This document shows positions 10,311 through 19,714 of a DNA stretch of 64,000 nucleotides, in pieces. The position numbers were made by a program, and so were the translations under genes. The notes below the pieces were generated by a model that saw nothing but the letters and a program-made list of their open reading frames with translations, did not search any database and was not told the origin of the DNA. This DNA comes from Candidatus Gottesmanbacteria bacterium (lineage in GTDB: Bacteria > Patescibacteriota > Microgenomatia > 2-02-FULL-39-11), in NCBI GenBank assembly GCA_016186795.1, contig JACPKY010000002.1, positions 797,892 through 861,891 on the forward strand, in the 5' to 3' direction. The stretch's first letter is position 1; each line of letters opens with the position of its first letter.

Positions 10311-10679
10311 TTAGCTCATTTTTATTGGTGTTGTCAGCTGAAAATAATTCCCATCAACGTCTACAAATGTTGCGAGAGTTTCTTTTGGATCCTCTTTTGG
10401 ATGATACGGTTGAGCAATTACCTCAGCTCCAAGACCTTCCAATCTTTTCGTTTCATTCTCGACATTCTCGGTCTCGAGGTTGAACATAATTCTTTCAGGG
10501 TTTGCATTTTTTCCATGGACTTTGTCATGTGGCCCAATAACCATCATACCAACTCCAACATTGAAACCTACAAATTCACCGCCACTCCAATCCGGTTCTC
10601 TCTGAAATACCTTTTTATAAAAAGCGGTAAGATTTGCAGGATTTTCTGAAAAGAGAATAAGAGAATTTAAATTTAACAT
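10311..10679 (-). CDS. VOC (glyoxalase/bleomycin-resistance) family protein
   Basis: About 120 aa with the beta-alpha-beta-beta-beta VOC-like pattern (GFNVGVGMMVIGPHD). Confidence 0.6.
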   Translation of the reverse strand: MLNLNSLILFSENPANLTAFYKKVFQREPDWSGGEFVGFNVGVGMMVIGPHDKVHGKNANPERIMFNLETENVENETKRLEGLGAEVIAQPYHPKEDPKETLATFVDVDGNYFQLTTPIKMS

Positions 10680-10761
10680 AAATAGTCCTCCTTAGTGGGA
10701 AAAATATAATTAGTGATCTGTATCACATAATAATCTATCTAATCCTTCCTTTCAAGGGGAA

Positions 10762-11604
10762 TTGCAAACAGTGTTACATTCTCGTACACTACAAGCGATG
10801 GCACTACCAACAAATATGATGGTAAAGGGCCAAAGATACATTCCTGGTATCGTTGGGGGTGTTGGGCCACTATCCCATACTGACTTTGAGAAACTCCTTC
10901 TTCGATTGAATCGTTCAGCAAAGGCAGATCAAGAGCATCCTGTGTACCTTCTTGCAAATGCCACCGTAACTCCAAATCGACCACAAGCGGTCATGGAGGA
11001 AAATAAAGGGAATAAGATACCGGCTCAAAGAGTAGAAAAAACACTTATCTTTTTTGCAAAGCTCCTAGAAAAGGGTGGAGCAGATTTCCTTATTGTTCTT
11101 TGTAATGGAGCTCATTTCTGGTATAAGCGAGTCTCTGAAAAAATTACGATCCCATGGATCAGTATGATTGAGGAAACTGCTCAGTATCTAAAACGACAAT
11201 ACCCGACTCTGAAAAGAGTTGGAATTCTGGCAAGTGACGCAACACTTCTGGGGAAACTCTATCACAACGCCCTCTCTCGTGTCGGATTACAACCAATTGC
11301 TCCTGCTGTCGGATCGCCACTACAGTCAAAGGTTATGAATGCCACGTTTTATGCAACCTATGCAATAAAAGCAACAGGAGATTCGGTTTCTCCTCAAGCC
11401 AGAGATGAACTTATTCAGGCAGCACACTCCCTTCAAAAAGATGGGGCTGAAGCAATTATCACCGGCTGCACGGAAATTTCTGTTGCATTAACTCCTCAAT
11501 ACTACTTTGCAATACCACTTGTTGACCCACTAACTATTGTCGCGAAGACTACTCTTGATCTTTCAATGGGAAAAAGGGAAATTCCGCAAATTAAAGAAGT
11601 ATAA
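10762..11604 (+). CDS. Asp/Glu/hydantoin racemase family protein (aspartate racemase-like)
   Basis: Two catalytic Cys motifs, LCNGAHFW and ITGCTEISV. The start is more likely at 10816 (MMVKGQRYIPGIVGG). Confidence 0.7.
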   Translation: MQTVLHSRTLQAMALPTNMMVKGQRYIPGIVGGVGPLSHTDFEKLLLRLNRSAKADQEHPVYLLANATVTPNRPQAVMEENKGNKIPAQRVEKTLIFFAKLLEKGGADFLIVLCNGAHFWYKRVSEKITIPWISMIEETAQYLKRQYPTLKRVGILASDATLLGKLYHNALSRVGLQPIAPAVGSPLQSKVMNATFYATYAIKATGDSVSPQARDELIQAAHSLQKDGAEAIITGCTEISVALTPQYYFAIPLVDPLTIVAKTTLDLSMGKREIPQIKEV

Positions 11605-11608
11605 ACTT

Positions 11609-11806
11609 TTACTGTTTTGCATCTTTTCTTTCAAAAAGAGTCAAGTAGATAATTGGAAGTATTCCTGCGCTATTGAGAATAAGAAGAGCAATAAACCAGT
11701 TCCTTTGGTTATGTCGGGCTGCCCTCCAAAGTGCAATTCCTTTAAAAAGTAGATCTATGACTACAAAGGGCAATAACCAGTAAATATTGAAATTTTCAGG
11801 TGTCAT
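11609..11806 (-). CDS. Small membrane protein, PLDc_N-like (cardiolipin synthase N-terminal domain-like)
   Basis: The pattern IALWRAARHNQRNWFIALLILNSAGILPIIYL matches the PLDc_N small TM domain. Confidence 0.4.
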   Translation of the reverse strand: MTPENFNIYWLLPFVVIDLLFKGIALWRAARHNQRNWFIALLILNSAGILPIIYLTLFERKDAKQ

Positions 11807-11827
11807 AGTAATCGTGATTGCTCTTTG

Positions 11828-12079
11828 CTAACCTCTCTTAGTTTTTTTTCCTATCTGTTTTTTTACCTCTGTTTTTTGACTCAAATTTTTCACTTTTTGA
11901 ATCTCTTTCCTTATTCTTCCAACTTTTTCCTCTCCTTCTTCCAGTAATTTCCCAATCTCTTTCTTTGCCTTATCACGTTTTGTTTTATCGGAAAAAATAA
12001 CCGCTCCAGCACCAACTACTGCTCCAAGCACAGCTGCCGTGAAAGCGATCAATCCTCCTCCTGATTTTTTATCCCCCAT
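11828..12079 (-). CDS. Small Gly/Lys-rich membrane-associated hypothetical protein
   Basis: 83-aa ORF with a Gly-Ala-rich hydrophobic stretch and a lysine-rich tail. Confidence 0.35.
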   Translation of the reverse strand: MGDKKSGGGLIAFTAAVLGAVVGAGAVIFSDKTKRDKAKKEIGKLLEEGEEKVGRIRKEIQKVKNLSQKTEVKKQIGKKTKRG

Positions 12080-12156
12080 ACAATCACCTCCTTTATTCTT
12101 TTCCTATATTATATAATTAACCATACTATGATTGTATTTTCTATAAGGAGAATCCT

Positions 12157-12555
12157 ATGAAGAAACAACAAAGAACAAAACAAGAATTTGCAAAAACGAA
12201 ACTCACACCTGAGCAGTATGATATTTGTTTTCTGAAAGGAACTGAACCACCATTTTCGGGGAAATACTACAATACTCGTTCAAAGGGTGTTTATGAATGT
12301 GTTGTATGCAACCTTCCACTTTTTTCATCTGAGACAAAGTATGATTCAGGAACCGGATGGCCAAGCTTCTGGGATACGGTCAAGACGGAAAATATTCTTT
12401 TCCAAGACGATAGAAGTTTGGGGATGGTGCGAACTGAAGTACTTTGCAAAAAGTGTGGTTCACATCTTGGGCATATCTTCGATGACGGGCCGAAACCATC
12501 GGGAAAACGTTACTGTATTAATTCTCTTGCACTCTCCTTTAAGCCAGAAAAGTAA
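12157..12555 (+). CDS. msrB: Peptide methionine-(R)-S-oxide reductase
   Basis: CVVCNLPLF...GWPSFWD...[16 protein letters not shown]: two CxxC pairs plus the catalytic region. Confidence 0.9.
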   Translation: MKKQQRTKQEFAKTKLTPEQYDICFLKGTEPPFSGKYYNTRSKGVYECVVCNLPLFSSETKYDSGTGWPSFWDTVKTENILFQDDRSLGMVRTEVLCKKCGSHLGHIFDDGPKPSGKRYCINSLALSFKPEK

Positions 12556-12557
12556 CA

Positions 12558-13541
12558 TTAGTTTACAACATTCGATGGGTCGAGTCCGCGCAGGCTCTCA
12601 ATAGATCCGCCAAGAGGAATTACCATCTTCTCCATATTCTCGATCATCATGCCGATATATGTATGATTCTGTTCGGTCCCCTCTCCTGGTAGATCGTCAT
12701 CTCGTAATGTGGAAATAACCTTCGCACCTCCCTCTTTTGCGATCTGGTTAAGGACTTTACTTGGAAAGACTTCTGAACCGAAAATCGCTGGAACATTTTC
12801 TTTCCTTAGTTGATTAATAAGAGTTGCTACCTCTTTCGGATTTGGCTCGGTAAAATCTGATGGTTGAATGGCACCAATAACCGTCATACCATATCGTTTT
12901 GCAAAATAAGCAAATGAGTCATGATACGTAAGAAGTTTTCTGTTTTCTGGCGGTATCGTCTGAATAGCTCTCGTAATTGCACGATCAAGTTCATCAATTT
13001 TTGCCATAAATTTTCTTGTATTCTCTTCGTATTCTTCTTTATGCTTTGGATCATGTGAGACGAAAACATCTCGAATTATTTGGACATATTTCTTCACGTT
13101 GTTAGGATCCATCCAAAGATGAGGATTAGGATCCCCTTGCTCTTTGGGAAACGAAAAGTCATATATCCATTCATCCTCTGAAATTGTTTGATCGCCTAAA
13201 CGGACGACCAGTGCTGTTTTGGGTGCGTTTGTCTTTGCTATCTTTTCGATTGGAGTTTCTAAATGAAGACCATTAAGAAATACTATATCTGCTTTCGAGA
13301 GAATTTTTGCATCCGATGGAGCAGGTTCAAACGTATGAGAATCAACTCCCTCTGGCACAATTCCATACAGTGTAATATTTTTGCCCCCGACGTTATAGAC
13401 AATATTGGTTAAAGGAGAAACAGTTGTCACAACGAAAAGAGAAGAGGCTTTTTTGCTGTCACTTTGAAAAAGTCTATAAAACAGAAGAGGCGAAAGAATA
13501 AGGAATACTATTCCAATAATGAGAAACTTCAATCTCTCCAT
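12558..13541 (-). CDS. Metal ABC transporter substrate-binding protein (TroA/ZnuA/MntC family)
   Basis: Signal/TM N-terminus, HLWMDPNN and YHDSFAYFAKRYG motifs. Confidence 0.8.
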   Translation of the reverse strand: MERLKFLIIGIVFLILSPLLFYRLFQSDSKKASSLFVVTTVSPLTNIVYNVGGKNITLYGIVPEGVDSHTFEPAPSDAKILSKADIVFLNGLHLETPIEKIAKTNAPKTALVVRLGDQTISEDEWIYDFSFPKEQGDPNPHLWMDPNNVKKYVQIIRDVFVSHDPKHKEEYEENTRKFMAKIDELDRAITRAIQTIPPENRKLLTYHDSFAYFAKRYGMTVIGAIQPSDFTEPNPKEVATLINQLRKENVPAIFGSEVFPSKVLNQIAKEGGAKVISTLRDDDLPGEGTEQNHTYIGMMIENMEKMVIPLGGSIESLRGLDPSNVVN

Positions 13542-13587
13542 ATCTGTTTTCTCCTAAACTCATGCGTTATACCTGATATTGAATGAC

Positions 13588-13616
13588 TTGACAAGTAAAC
13601 GATCGTTTACTATACT
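13588..13616 (+). promoter_or_regulatory. Sigma-70-type promoter (TTGACA-N17-TATACT) with an embedded perfect 16-bp palindrome GTAAACGATCGTTTAC. Candidate LexA (Cheo-like AAAC-N4-GTTT) operator.
   Basis: Read directly: -35 at 13588-13593, palindrome at 13595-13610, -10 at 13611-13616. It points at the lexA operon and is divergent from the metal SBP gene. Confidence 0.5.
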
Positions 13617-13625
13617 ACCAATACT

Positions 13626-13799
13626 ATGACCCGCTCTTCTAAAAAAATATTCTCTCAGGAATATGTACGTTGGAAAAGACAACTTCGCGCCCTGCGGAAA
13701 GGAAAATATTCTGTTGTTAAAAAGCTTGCACTTGAGGCTCAGAAAGATCTTGAAATGAAAGCACTTACCAAACAGCTCAATTTATCTCTCCCAAACTAG
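13626..13799 (+). CDS. Small basic ORF (57 aa), leaderless, upstream of lexA
   Basis: The ATG lies about 10 nt after the -10 box. The product is MTRSSKKIFSQEYVRWKRQLRALRKGKY.... Its TAG stop is 6 nt before the lexA ATG, which has no SD of its own. Confidence 0.3.
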   Translation: MTRSSKKIFSQEYVRWKRQLRALRKGKYSVVKKLALEAQKDLEMKALTKQLNLSLPN

Positions 13800-13805
13800 A
13801 TTCCC

Positions 13806-14378
13806 ATGACGATTGATTCTGCCACAAAAAAATTACGATTGTTTTTCCGAGAACAAAGTCGACTCCCGTCCTATCAAGAAATGTGTATCCTTTTTGGATT
13901 TGCTTCAAAAAAAGCAAGTTTTGAACTTGCAAAGAAGCTTATTCATGCTGGTGTCGTCGAAAAGGATGCTTCAGGAAAACTTCGCCCGAAAAATCTCTTC
14001 TCACCCCTTCCAGTACTCGGATCAATCCAAGCCGGTCATCCGACTTTTGCTGAACAACACCTCCTTGACACGATGTCGCTTAACAATTACCTCGTTGAAA
14101 GACCAGATCATTCGTATATTCTTAAAGTGACCGGAGATTCAATGATTGAAGCAGGTATCTATCCAGGAGATATGGTAATCGTCGAAAAGGATCGGCAACC
14201 AAAAAACGGAGATGTTGTTGTAGCATTCATCGATAATGGTTTCACGCTAAAGTATTACAGGGAGGAAAACACTCATGTCTACCTTGCACCTGCAAACAAA
14301 AAGTATCCTCCTATGTATCCTCAAGAAGAACTTACTATTTTTGGTATTGTTGTTTCCGTTATGCGTAAATATTACTAG
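13806..14378 (+). CDS. lexA: LexA repressor (S24 peptidase)
   Basis: LGSIQAGHP cleavage region, VTGDSMIEAGI (Ser nucleophile), FTLKYY (Lys). Confidence 0.9.
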   Translation: MTIDSATKKLRLFFREQSRLPSYQEMCILFGFASKKASFELAKKLIHAGVVEKDASGKLRPKNLFSPLPVLGSIQAGHPTFAEQHLLDTMSLNNYLVERPDHSYILKVTGDSMIEAGIYPGDMVIVEKDRQPKNGDVVVAFIDNGFTLKYYREENTHVYLAPANKKYPPMYPQEELTIFGIVVSVMRKYY

Positions 14379-14403
14379 ACGAAATCTCACTATGGTAGAA
14401 TAA

Positions 14404-14703
14404 TTGACTATGCCAAAATACCAGAAATACTATCAAGATATGATTGATCAGAACCTGAAGATGTTCTCTTCATTTCAAACACTCCACGATAACTATGAGA
14501 AAAATCCTACCCTGTGGCAGATTCAATTCAATAAAGAAGGGGGAAAAGTTCTAGAAATTATCCGGGAATGGGAACGAAGACTCTGTCAACACTCGGAACG
14601 AGGACAGTATGGAAAATATTCACAACTTTTGGCAGAAAAATTCTGGAATACGATCCGTCTGGACTTTCCAAGGATTGATTTTATCGGAGTAAGTCAGACC
14701 TAG
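14404..14703 (+). CDS. Hypothetical protein downstream of lexA
   Basis: 99-aa ORF in the same orientation; no recognisable motif. Confidence 0.35.
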   Translation: MTMPKYQKYYQDMIDQNLKMFSSFQTLHDNYEKNPTLWQIQFNKEGGKVLEIIREWERRLCQHSERGQYGKYSQLLAEKFWNTIRLDFPRIDFIGVSQT

Positions 14704-15059
14704 CAGGAACTCTCACATAAAAAGAGCTTTTCCGGATCATCTTTATTATCCCTTTCGCAAATCTTGACGCAAGAAATACATTGCGCAAATCGTTGGTTTT
14801 TCATTGCAACGCACGATCCATTTTCTTCCCCGCATGAAACGTATTGTCGACACCTATCTCCAAGCATATAGATCTCTGTACACGCATCAGGTGGATTATA
14901 TCCGCATGTTATATCCATGCCATGACAGTTTGTCACCTGACACTGTTTTGGAGAAAAAGGATTTGGAACGAGGTTATTCTCTTCTTGCCAATAGTTGTAT
15001 CCGGAGTAAAAACCGATCCCCAAAACTATCAATCCAATAAAAAGGAAGAGAGAAAGCAC
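14700..15059 (-). CDS. Small membrane-anchored Cys-rich protein (10 Cys)
   Basis: The in-frame GTG at 15059 gives (M)LSLFLFIGLIVLGIGF... followed by a CxxC-rich domain. The longer track ORF would overlap the DsbA gene's end. Confidence 0.4.
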   Translation of the reverse strand: MLSLFLFIGLIVLGIGFYSGYNYWQEENNLVPNPFSPKQCQVTNCHGMDITCGYNPPDACTEIYMLGDRCRQYVSCGEENGSCVAMKNQRFAQCISCVKICERDNKDDPEKLFLCESSC

Positions 15060-15069
15060 GCTTGATGAG

Positions 15070-16230
15070 TTACTCTTCTTCACAATCGCTCCCAAGTCCC
15101 CCAACACAGTGTTCTGTTGGAGGTTTGCCGCGTTCAGGACATTTCTCTGAATAGATACATGCTGTATCTGAAATAGAATCAATTTGTTTCGCAAGTGCAG
15201 TACCACTTGTATCTCCAAAAGAAATAAGGATACGATCAAGATCAACAGGTTTATATGCGCCAAACTCTGGGCTTGGTTTGCCGTTTATCAAAAACTGAAG
15301 AGTATTTTTTTCACTTGAGCAGTATTTTTCATTTTCACTAAGTGTAAAACAAGTAGGAGTAAAACCAATTCCTAAAGAAGAAAAGAAATCTCCGATAGTC
15401 ATTTCTTCTTTGTGGAGATGGATAATTTCGCCATTACCATCATGAAGATGAATATTCTCATTTAATTCATTTCCCTCTTTTGATTGATATTTATCTTGAC
15501 TAAAATCAACTGTTTTCCCCAGTATGTAAACTTTAAATGCCACATGAGCATGGTACTTCTCTGTAGGAGAAACAGTAATAGGAGATTTAATAATTGCAGC
15601 TTTAATCAGTGTTTGAAAGTCTTCGTAACTTCTGGGGTTTTCAATCTCTTCGCCGTTTATATAAAATGTCGGTGTTGAGTTAACACCGAGAGCAAAACCA
15701 TCTTTCACGTCTTGATCAATTTTTTCCTTCACAGGAACAGATTCGATATCTTTCTTAAACATATCACTATTCAATCCAAGAGACTGTGCGTATTGCAGAG
15801 CTAAATCTTGTGCACTATTTGATTCAGACCACTCATTTTGTTTCTCAAATAAGATATCATGCATTTCCCAAAATTTTCCCTGTAGTCCTGCAGCTTCGGC
15901 AGCAGATGCTGCCAGAGAGGCATTTTTATGCTGCTGCAATGGAAAATTGCGAAATACAAATGTCAAATCAGTTGCAAATTCATTTTTGAGACGGGTGAGA
16001 ATCGGATAATATGCACCGCAAGCGGGACATTGGAAATCTGCAAATTCGACCAACGTCACAGTGGCAGATGGTGAGGAAACTTTCTGACTATCTGCACGAA
16101 CAAGAAGTGAACTATCCGCTTTTTGTGGTTGCGTTGGAGTACTTGAGGAAGAAAAGAAGAAAATTGCTGCAAGGAGAATCATTCCTGTAGCAAGAATGAC
16201 TCCAATAATAACCTTCACATCGTTGGTCAT
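15070..16230 (-). CDS. DsbA-family thiol:disulfide oxidoreductase with a C-terminal extension
   Basis: N-terminal TM; FADFQCPACGAYYP (CPAC active site); GKFWEMHD. Confidence 0.75.
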   Translation of the reverse strand: MTNDVKVIIGVILATGMILLAAIFFFSSSSTPTQPQKADSSLLVRADSQKVSSPSATVTLVEFADFQCPACGAYYPILTRLKNEFATDLTFVFRNFPLQQHKNASLAASAAEAAGLQGKFWEMHDILFEKQNEWSESNSAQDLALQYAQSLGLNSDMFKKDIESVPVKEKIDQDVKDGFALGVNSTPTFYINGEEIENPRSYEDFQTLIKAAIIKSPITVSPTEKYHAHVAFKVYILGKTVDFSQDKYQSKEGNELNENIHLHDGNGEIIHLHKEEMTIGDFFSSLGIGFTPTCFTLSENEKYCSSEKNTLQFLINGKPSPEFGAYKPVDLDRILISFGDTSGTALAKQIDSISDTACIYSEKCPERGKPPTEHCVGGLGSDCEEE

Positions 16231-16268
16231 AAACTCGGCAATTATATCATAGATGAGGGAAAAACAGC

Positions 16269-16649
16269 CTATTTTCCACCGATGATCTGGAGAATATTGT
16301 TATCAGGGTCGGTAAAAGTAGCAAAATACTTATCAAATGTCGGAGCTTTGAAAGGACTTGCGAGAAATACAACATCCTTCGCTTTCAACTCCTCGTATGT
16401 TTTGGAAACAGACTTAACCACAAAATTGATCATATGTCTATGTGGATCTTGGTTTTTCCCTTTCACTTTTGAGTGCTTCCCTATCCATAGATAGACAGTT
16501 CCTACCATAAATCCAACGCCAGTATCGTTGGGATGGTGAATCTCTTCAATTTTGTTAAGATGTAAAACATCTTGATACCACTTCGCAAGCTTTCTGTAGT
16601 TATCTGACCAGATAAGGACTGCTGAAATAGTCTGAAACATGTACCACAA
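16269..16649 (-). CDS. VOC (glyoxalase) family protein
   Basis: 126 aa with a VOC-like fold pattern. Confidence 0.55.
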   Translation of the reverse strand: MWYMFQTISAVLIWSDNYRKLAKWYQDVLHLNKIEEIHHPNDTGVGFMVGTVYLWIGKHSKVKGKNQDPHRHMINFVVKSVSKTYEELKAKDVVFLASPFKAPTFDKYFATFTDPDNNILQIIGGK

Positions 16650-16776
16650 TTATACCAAAAGGAGCATCCGTATTGATGCCGCAAACATTCGTAATAAAAC
16701 CCGTATATAGACAGTTCAGGAAATAAGATAGAATCTGGATACCAAAAAAATCCCTTTCGCTGTAAAATAACACTGT

Positions 16777-17307
16777 ATGACACGAATTTCACCTCATCAA
16801 GTCACTTTTCACACCTTCGATTCTCCTTTGGGAAAAATTCTTATTGCCATAATGAATAAACGTGTTTGTATGACAATGATTGGAAATAAAAAAGAGGTGC
16901 TTGAAAAAGAATTTCTTGGGAAATATCCGCAAGCCAGGATTCTTTCTGCAAATAAACTACATTCTTCTTACCACAATTCTATTCTTTCCTTCATTTCCGG
17001 GAAATTGAAAGTAATCAAGGTTCCACTTATCCTTTATGGGACTAGTTTCCAGAAAACGGTTTGGAGAGAACTTCAGAAAATTCCATATGGAAAAACCTCT
17101 ACATATAAAGAAATTGCGAAACGGATCGGCTTTCCGAGAGCTTATCGTGCCGTTGCCAATGCCTGTGCCGCAAATTCTTTGGCACTACTTATTCCGTGTC
17201 ATCGAGTTATTCGAAGCAACGGAAGACTTGGTGGGTATCGTTGGGGAATCGCTCATAAAAAAATGCTTTTAAAACTCGAAAAAGAACATACGGAAGCTCG
17301 CTTATAA
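16777..17307 (+). CDS. ogt: Methylated-DNA--protein-cysteine methyltransferase
   Basis: IPCHRVI active site and a YGKTSTYKEIA helix. Confidence 0.85.
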   Translation: MTRISPHQVTFHTFDSPLGKILIAIMNKRVCMTMIGNKKEVLEKEFLGKYPQARILSANKLHSSYHNSILSFISGKLKVIKVPLILYGTSFQKTVWRELQKIPYGKTSTYKEIAKRIGFPRAYRAVANACAANSLALLIPCHRVIRSNGRLGGYRWGIAHKKMLLKLEKEHTEARL

Positions 17308-17326
17308 TTCTCCGACAAAATTTATT

Positions 17327-18637
17327 TCAATAGTAAAGTATAAATGTCGGGTAATCCTCTACATTTATGAATTTTTTTCCAAGGAAATTTTCGATCGTTG
17401 GTAACCGTGGATATCCCATCTCCTCTTTTTTTCGAATAGCAATACGTATATCGTTTTTTATAAGATCACTCACAATCGTTTCTTCGTATTGTGGATAATA
17501 GGAGTCGATGAGGGGAAAATACAAAGGTAAATATGTTGGTGGCAAAACATCATAATGGAGATATTCAATCGTATGATTATTGAGAATATAGAAACGACGA
17601 TTCTCAATTTGAAAGTGACTAAGAAGTGGATAAATTTTCTGTGTGTCAATGAATTCCTCTCTCTGGGGAAGAGAACGAAGTGTCCGATACAAGTGAATAG
17701 TCTTTCGAAGTATCAAACCTGTGTAGAAAAATAAGAAGCAGAGAAAAAGAAATCTTCCCGTACCCTTCATTGATTTAAACGACCTACCATAAACAAGGAA
17801 TGCAAATGTGATAAAGGGGAGAAAATGGAGTTTAAGAACGTTCGTGAGAAGAAATACTGTCGATAGGAGAAGTGTCATTATTAAAAAAGAATCGTTTTTA
17901 ATCGTTTTCTTTCTTAAAATTTTAAAAATAGCAACAACGAGTAAACCCATTCCGAAAAGAAAATATGCCGTTAAGTCAGTACGGACTATACGATCATAGT
18001 TAAGGAAAAGATGTCTATTGAACGTAAAAAGAGAAAATACAAGTTGGGAGAGACTGTTTTTATAACTAAAGTACAGGAAAAGGAGTTCCCACCCTAAAAG
18101 AATTATTAAAAAACTGTGAATTCTTTTTGTAAAAAACAAAATTGGAATAAAAAGTAAACCAGCCGGTGGTTTTATAAATGAGGCAGAAAGAGCAACGAAT
18201 CCTAAAGCGATGCTTTTTCCGGCAGTTACTTTCCCAAATGTTATTGCATACGCAAGAAGAAATAGAGTCGTGATGACAACTTCATACCATACAAAATTTT
18301 CAGAAATAAAATAATTCATTAGGACAAATAGGAACCCAACAAGAAAAAATGTGCCCTTGGATGAAATTTTCCGTAAAATGGAAAGAAACAAGAGAAGATT
18401 AATCGATTGGAAAAGAAAGTATATCCATTTATACGCAGAAAATGAGAGATCATTTGCAATTGGAGAAAATACGAAGTAAAGAAGAAAACCGTGATGATCA
18501 AAAAAATCCCTGTATGGAAGGAGACCTTTCTGTATGAGCCAAGAGAATAAATATATTTCCGGAGGCACCTGAATATTGGTAGTCAGAATAAGATAGGATT
18601 GAATAAAAAAATAAATAATACTTATGAGGATAATCAC
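17327..18637 (-). CDS. Polytopic membrane protein, possible GT-C-like glycosyltransferase
   Basis: 436 aa with many TM helices; the conserved-looking LPYRDFFDHHG lies in the first loop. Confidence 0.45.
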   Translation of the reverse strand: MIILISIIYFFIQSYLILTTNIQVPPEIYLFSWLIQKGLLPYRDFFDHHGFLLYFVFSPIANDLSFSAYKWIYFLFQSINLLLFLSILRKISSKGTFFLVGFLFVLMNYFISENFVWYEVVITTLFLLAYAITFGKVTAGKSIALGFVALSASFIKPPAGLLFIPILFFTKRIHSFLIILLGWELLFLYFSYKNSLSQLVFSLFTFNRHLFLNYDRIVRTDLTAYFLFGMGLLVVAIFKILRKKTIKNDSFLIMTLLLSTVFLLTNVLKLHFLPFITFAFLVYGRSFKSMKGTGRFLFLCFLFFYTGLILRKTIHLYRTLRSLPQREEFIDTQKIYPLLSHFQIENRRFYILNNHTIEYLHYDVLPPTYLPLYFPLIDSYYPQYEETIVSDLIKNDIRIAIRKKEEMGYPRLPTIENFLGKKFINVEDYPTFILYY

Positions 18638-18725
18638 AGTATTTTAAGAGCAGGATTTTTGTACAAGATTCGTTAGTACGAACTTCGACAATTAATTTCT
18701 TGAGGGATTTTTTCTACAAAATGAA

Positions 18726-18998
18726 TTATTTTCTTTTATACATATATTTTATCCACTGCTGTTTGAAAAATGAAAGAGTCAATGTTGAGAGCATGAAACC
18801 AACCGATGGAACAACAGCGTTCAACCACGGATCTGGAATTTGGATTATCTGAAGATAAATAGCGATGGCAATATAGGTAAAAAGAGCTAGAAGAGATCTT
18901 CTTGCCCAACTTGCTTCCCATGCTTTATCAGTTTCAACATGTGCATTTCTCCTTTTAATTTTCTCCACCTCTAGACGGAGTTTTGAAATTTCCTCCAT
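18726..18998 (-). CDS. Small 2-TM hypothetical protein
   Basis: 90-aa ORF: coiled N-terminus followed by two hydrophobic helices. Confidence 0.35.
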   Translation of the reverse strand: MEEISKLRLEVEKIKRRNAHVETDKAWEASWARRSLLALFTYIAIAIYLQIIQIPDPWLNAVVPSVGFMLSTLTLSFFKQQWIKYMYKRK

Positions 18999-19027
18999 GG
19001 ATGTATTATACGATTCTTTTTGAAAAA

Positions 19028-19288
19028 TCAGGAAGACTTGCTAGACTTTTTCGCACGAGAGGCGCTCTTTCTGGTGGCTCTATATGTTTCTCTCCGTTTA
19101 ATCGATTTCCTTTGTATTTCCTCTAGATTTTCTTTCTTCTTCTTTAATTGTGCATCAACAATTTTTTGGCACTCAGGATCAGGACATACATTTAGAACGA
19201 ACGTGACCAATGAACTTCCCACGTATTCCGTCCATTTCTTGCCCACAATACGTTCCTTTCCACAGCGAATACATGCCGTATTACTCAT
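19028..19288 (-). CDS. Small zinc-ribbon protein with a basic tail
   Basis: CIRCG...CPDPEC followed by a K/R-rich tail. Confidence 0.4.
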   Translation of the reverse strand: MSNTACIRCGKERIVGKKWTEYVGSSLVTFVLNVCPDPECQKIVDAQLKKKKENLEEIQRKSIKRRETYRATRKSASRAKKSSKSS

Positions 19289-19321
19289 GATTTCCTGTTG
19301 ATTCAGGCAGAAAAGTGATGA

Positions 19322-19645
19322 TTAAAACCGGCGGTTACTATTCCTACGACCACCGAATCCTCGATGATCTCTTCCCCCACGACCATTTGTGTATGTCGGT
19401 TTTGGAAGGGCTTCTTTTACGATAATTGTTCTTCCTTCAAAATTGTATCCATTCAATTTCTCAATCGCGGTCTGTGCCTCTTCATCGGTGCTCATCTCGA
19501 CAAACCCAAATCCTCGGCTATTCCCTGAGAATTTATCCTTAATAATATTAACCGACTGGACTTGGCCATGTTGAGAAAAAAGCTGACCGAGTGCTTCCTC
19601 TGTAACAGAGAATGGAAGACTCCCTACGAATAAATTTTTTGCCAT
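19322..19645 (-). CDS. RRM-type RNA-binding protein (glycine-rich tail)
   Basis: RNP2 NLFVGSL and RNP1 RGFGFVEM, RGG tail; SD GAAGGGAG upstream. Confidence 0.85.
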   Translation of the reverse strand: MAKNLFVGSLPFSVTEEALGQLFSQHGQVQSVNIIKDKFSGNSRGFGFVEMSTDEEAQTAIEKLNGYNFEGRTIIVKEALPKPTYTNGRGGRDHRGFGGRRNSNRRF

Positions 19646-19714
19646 TATATATAACTCCCTTCATCCTATCTCTCACAAAAGAAACAGGGAAAATGCGTAT
19701 AAAAAAATTTAAGC

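Noticed and set aside
10739-10984. Minus-strand ORF overlapping the racemase start
   Set aside because: It sits inside the better-supported + strand racemase gene, which carries both catalytic Cys motifs.
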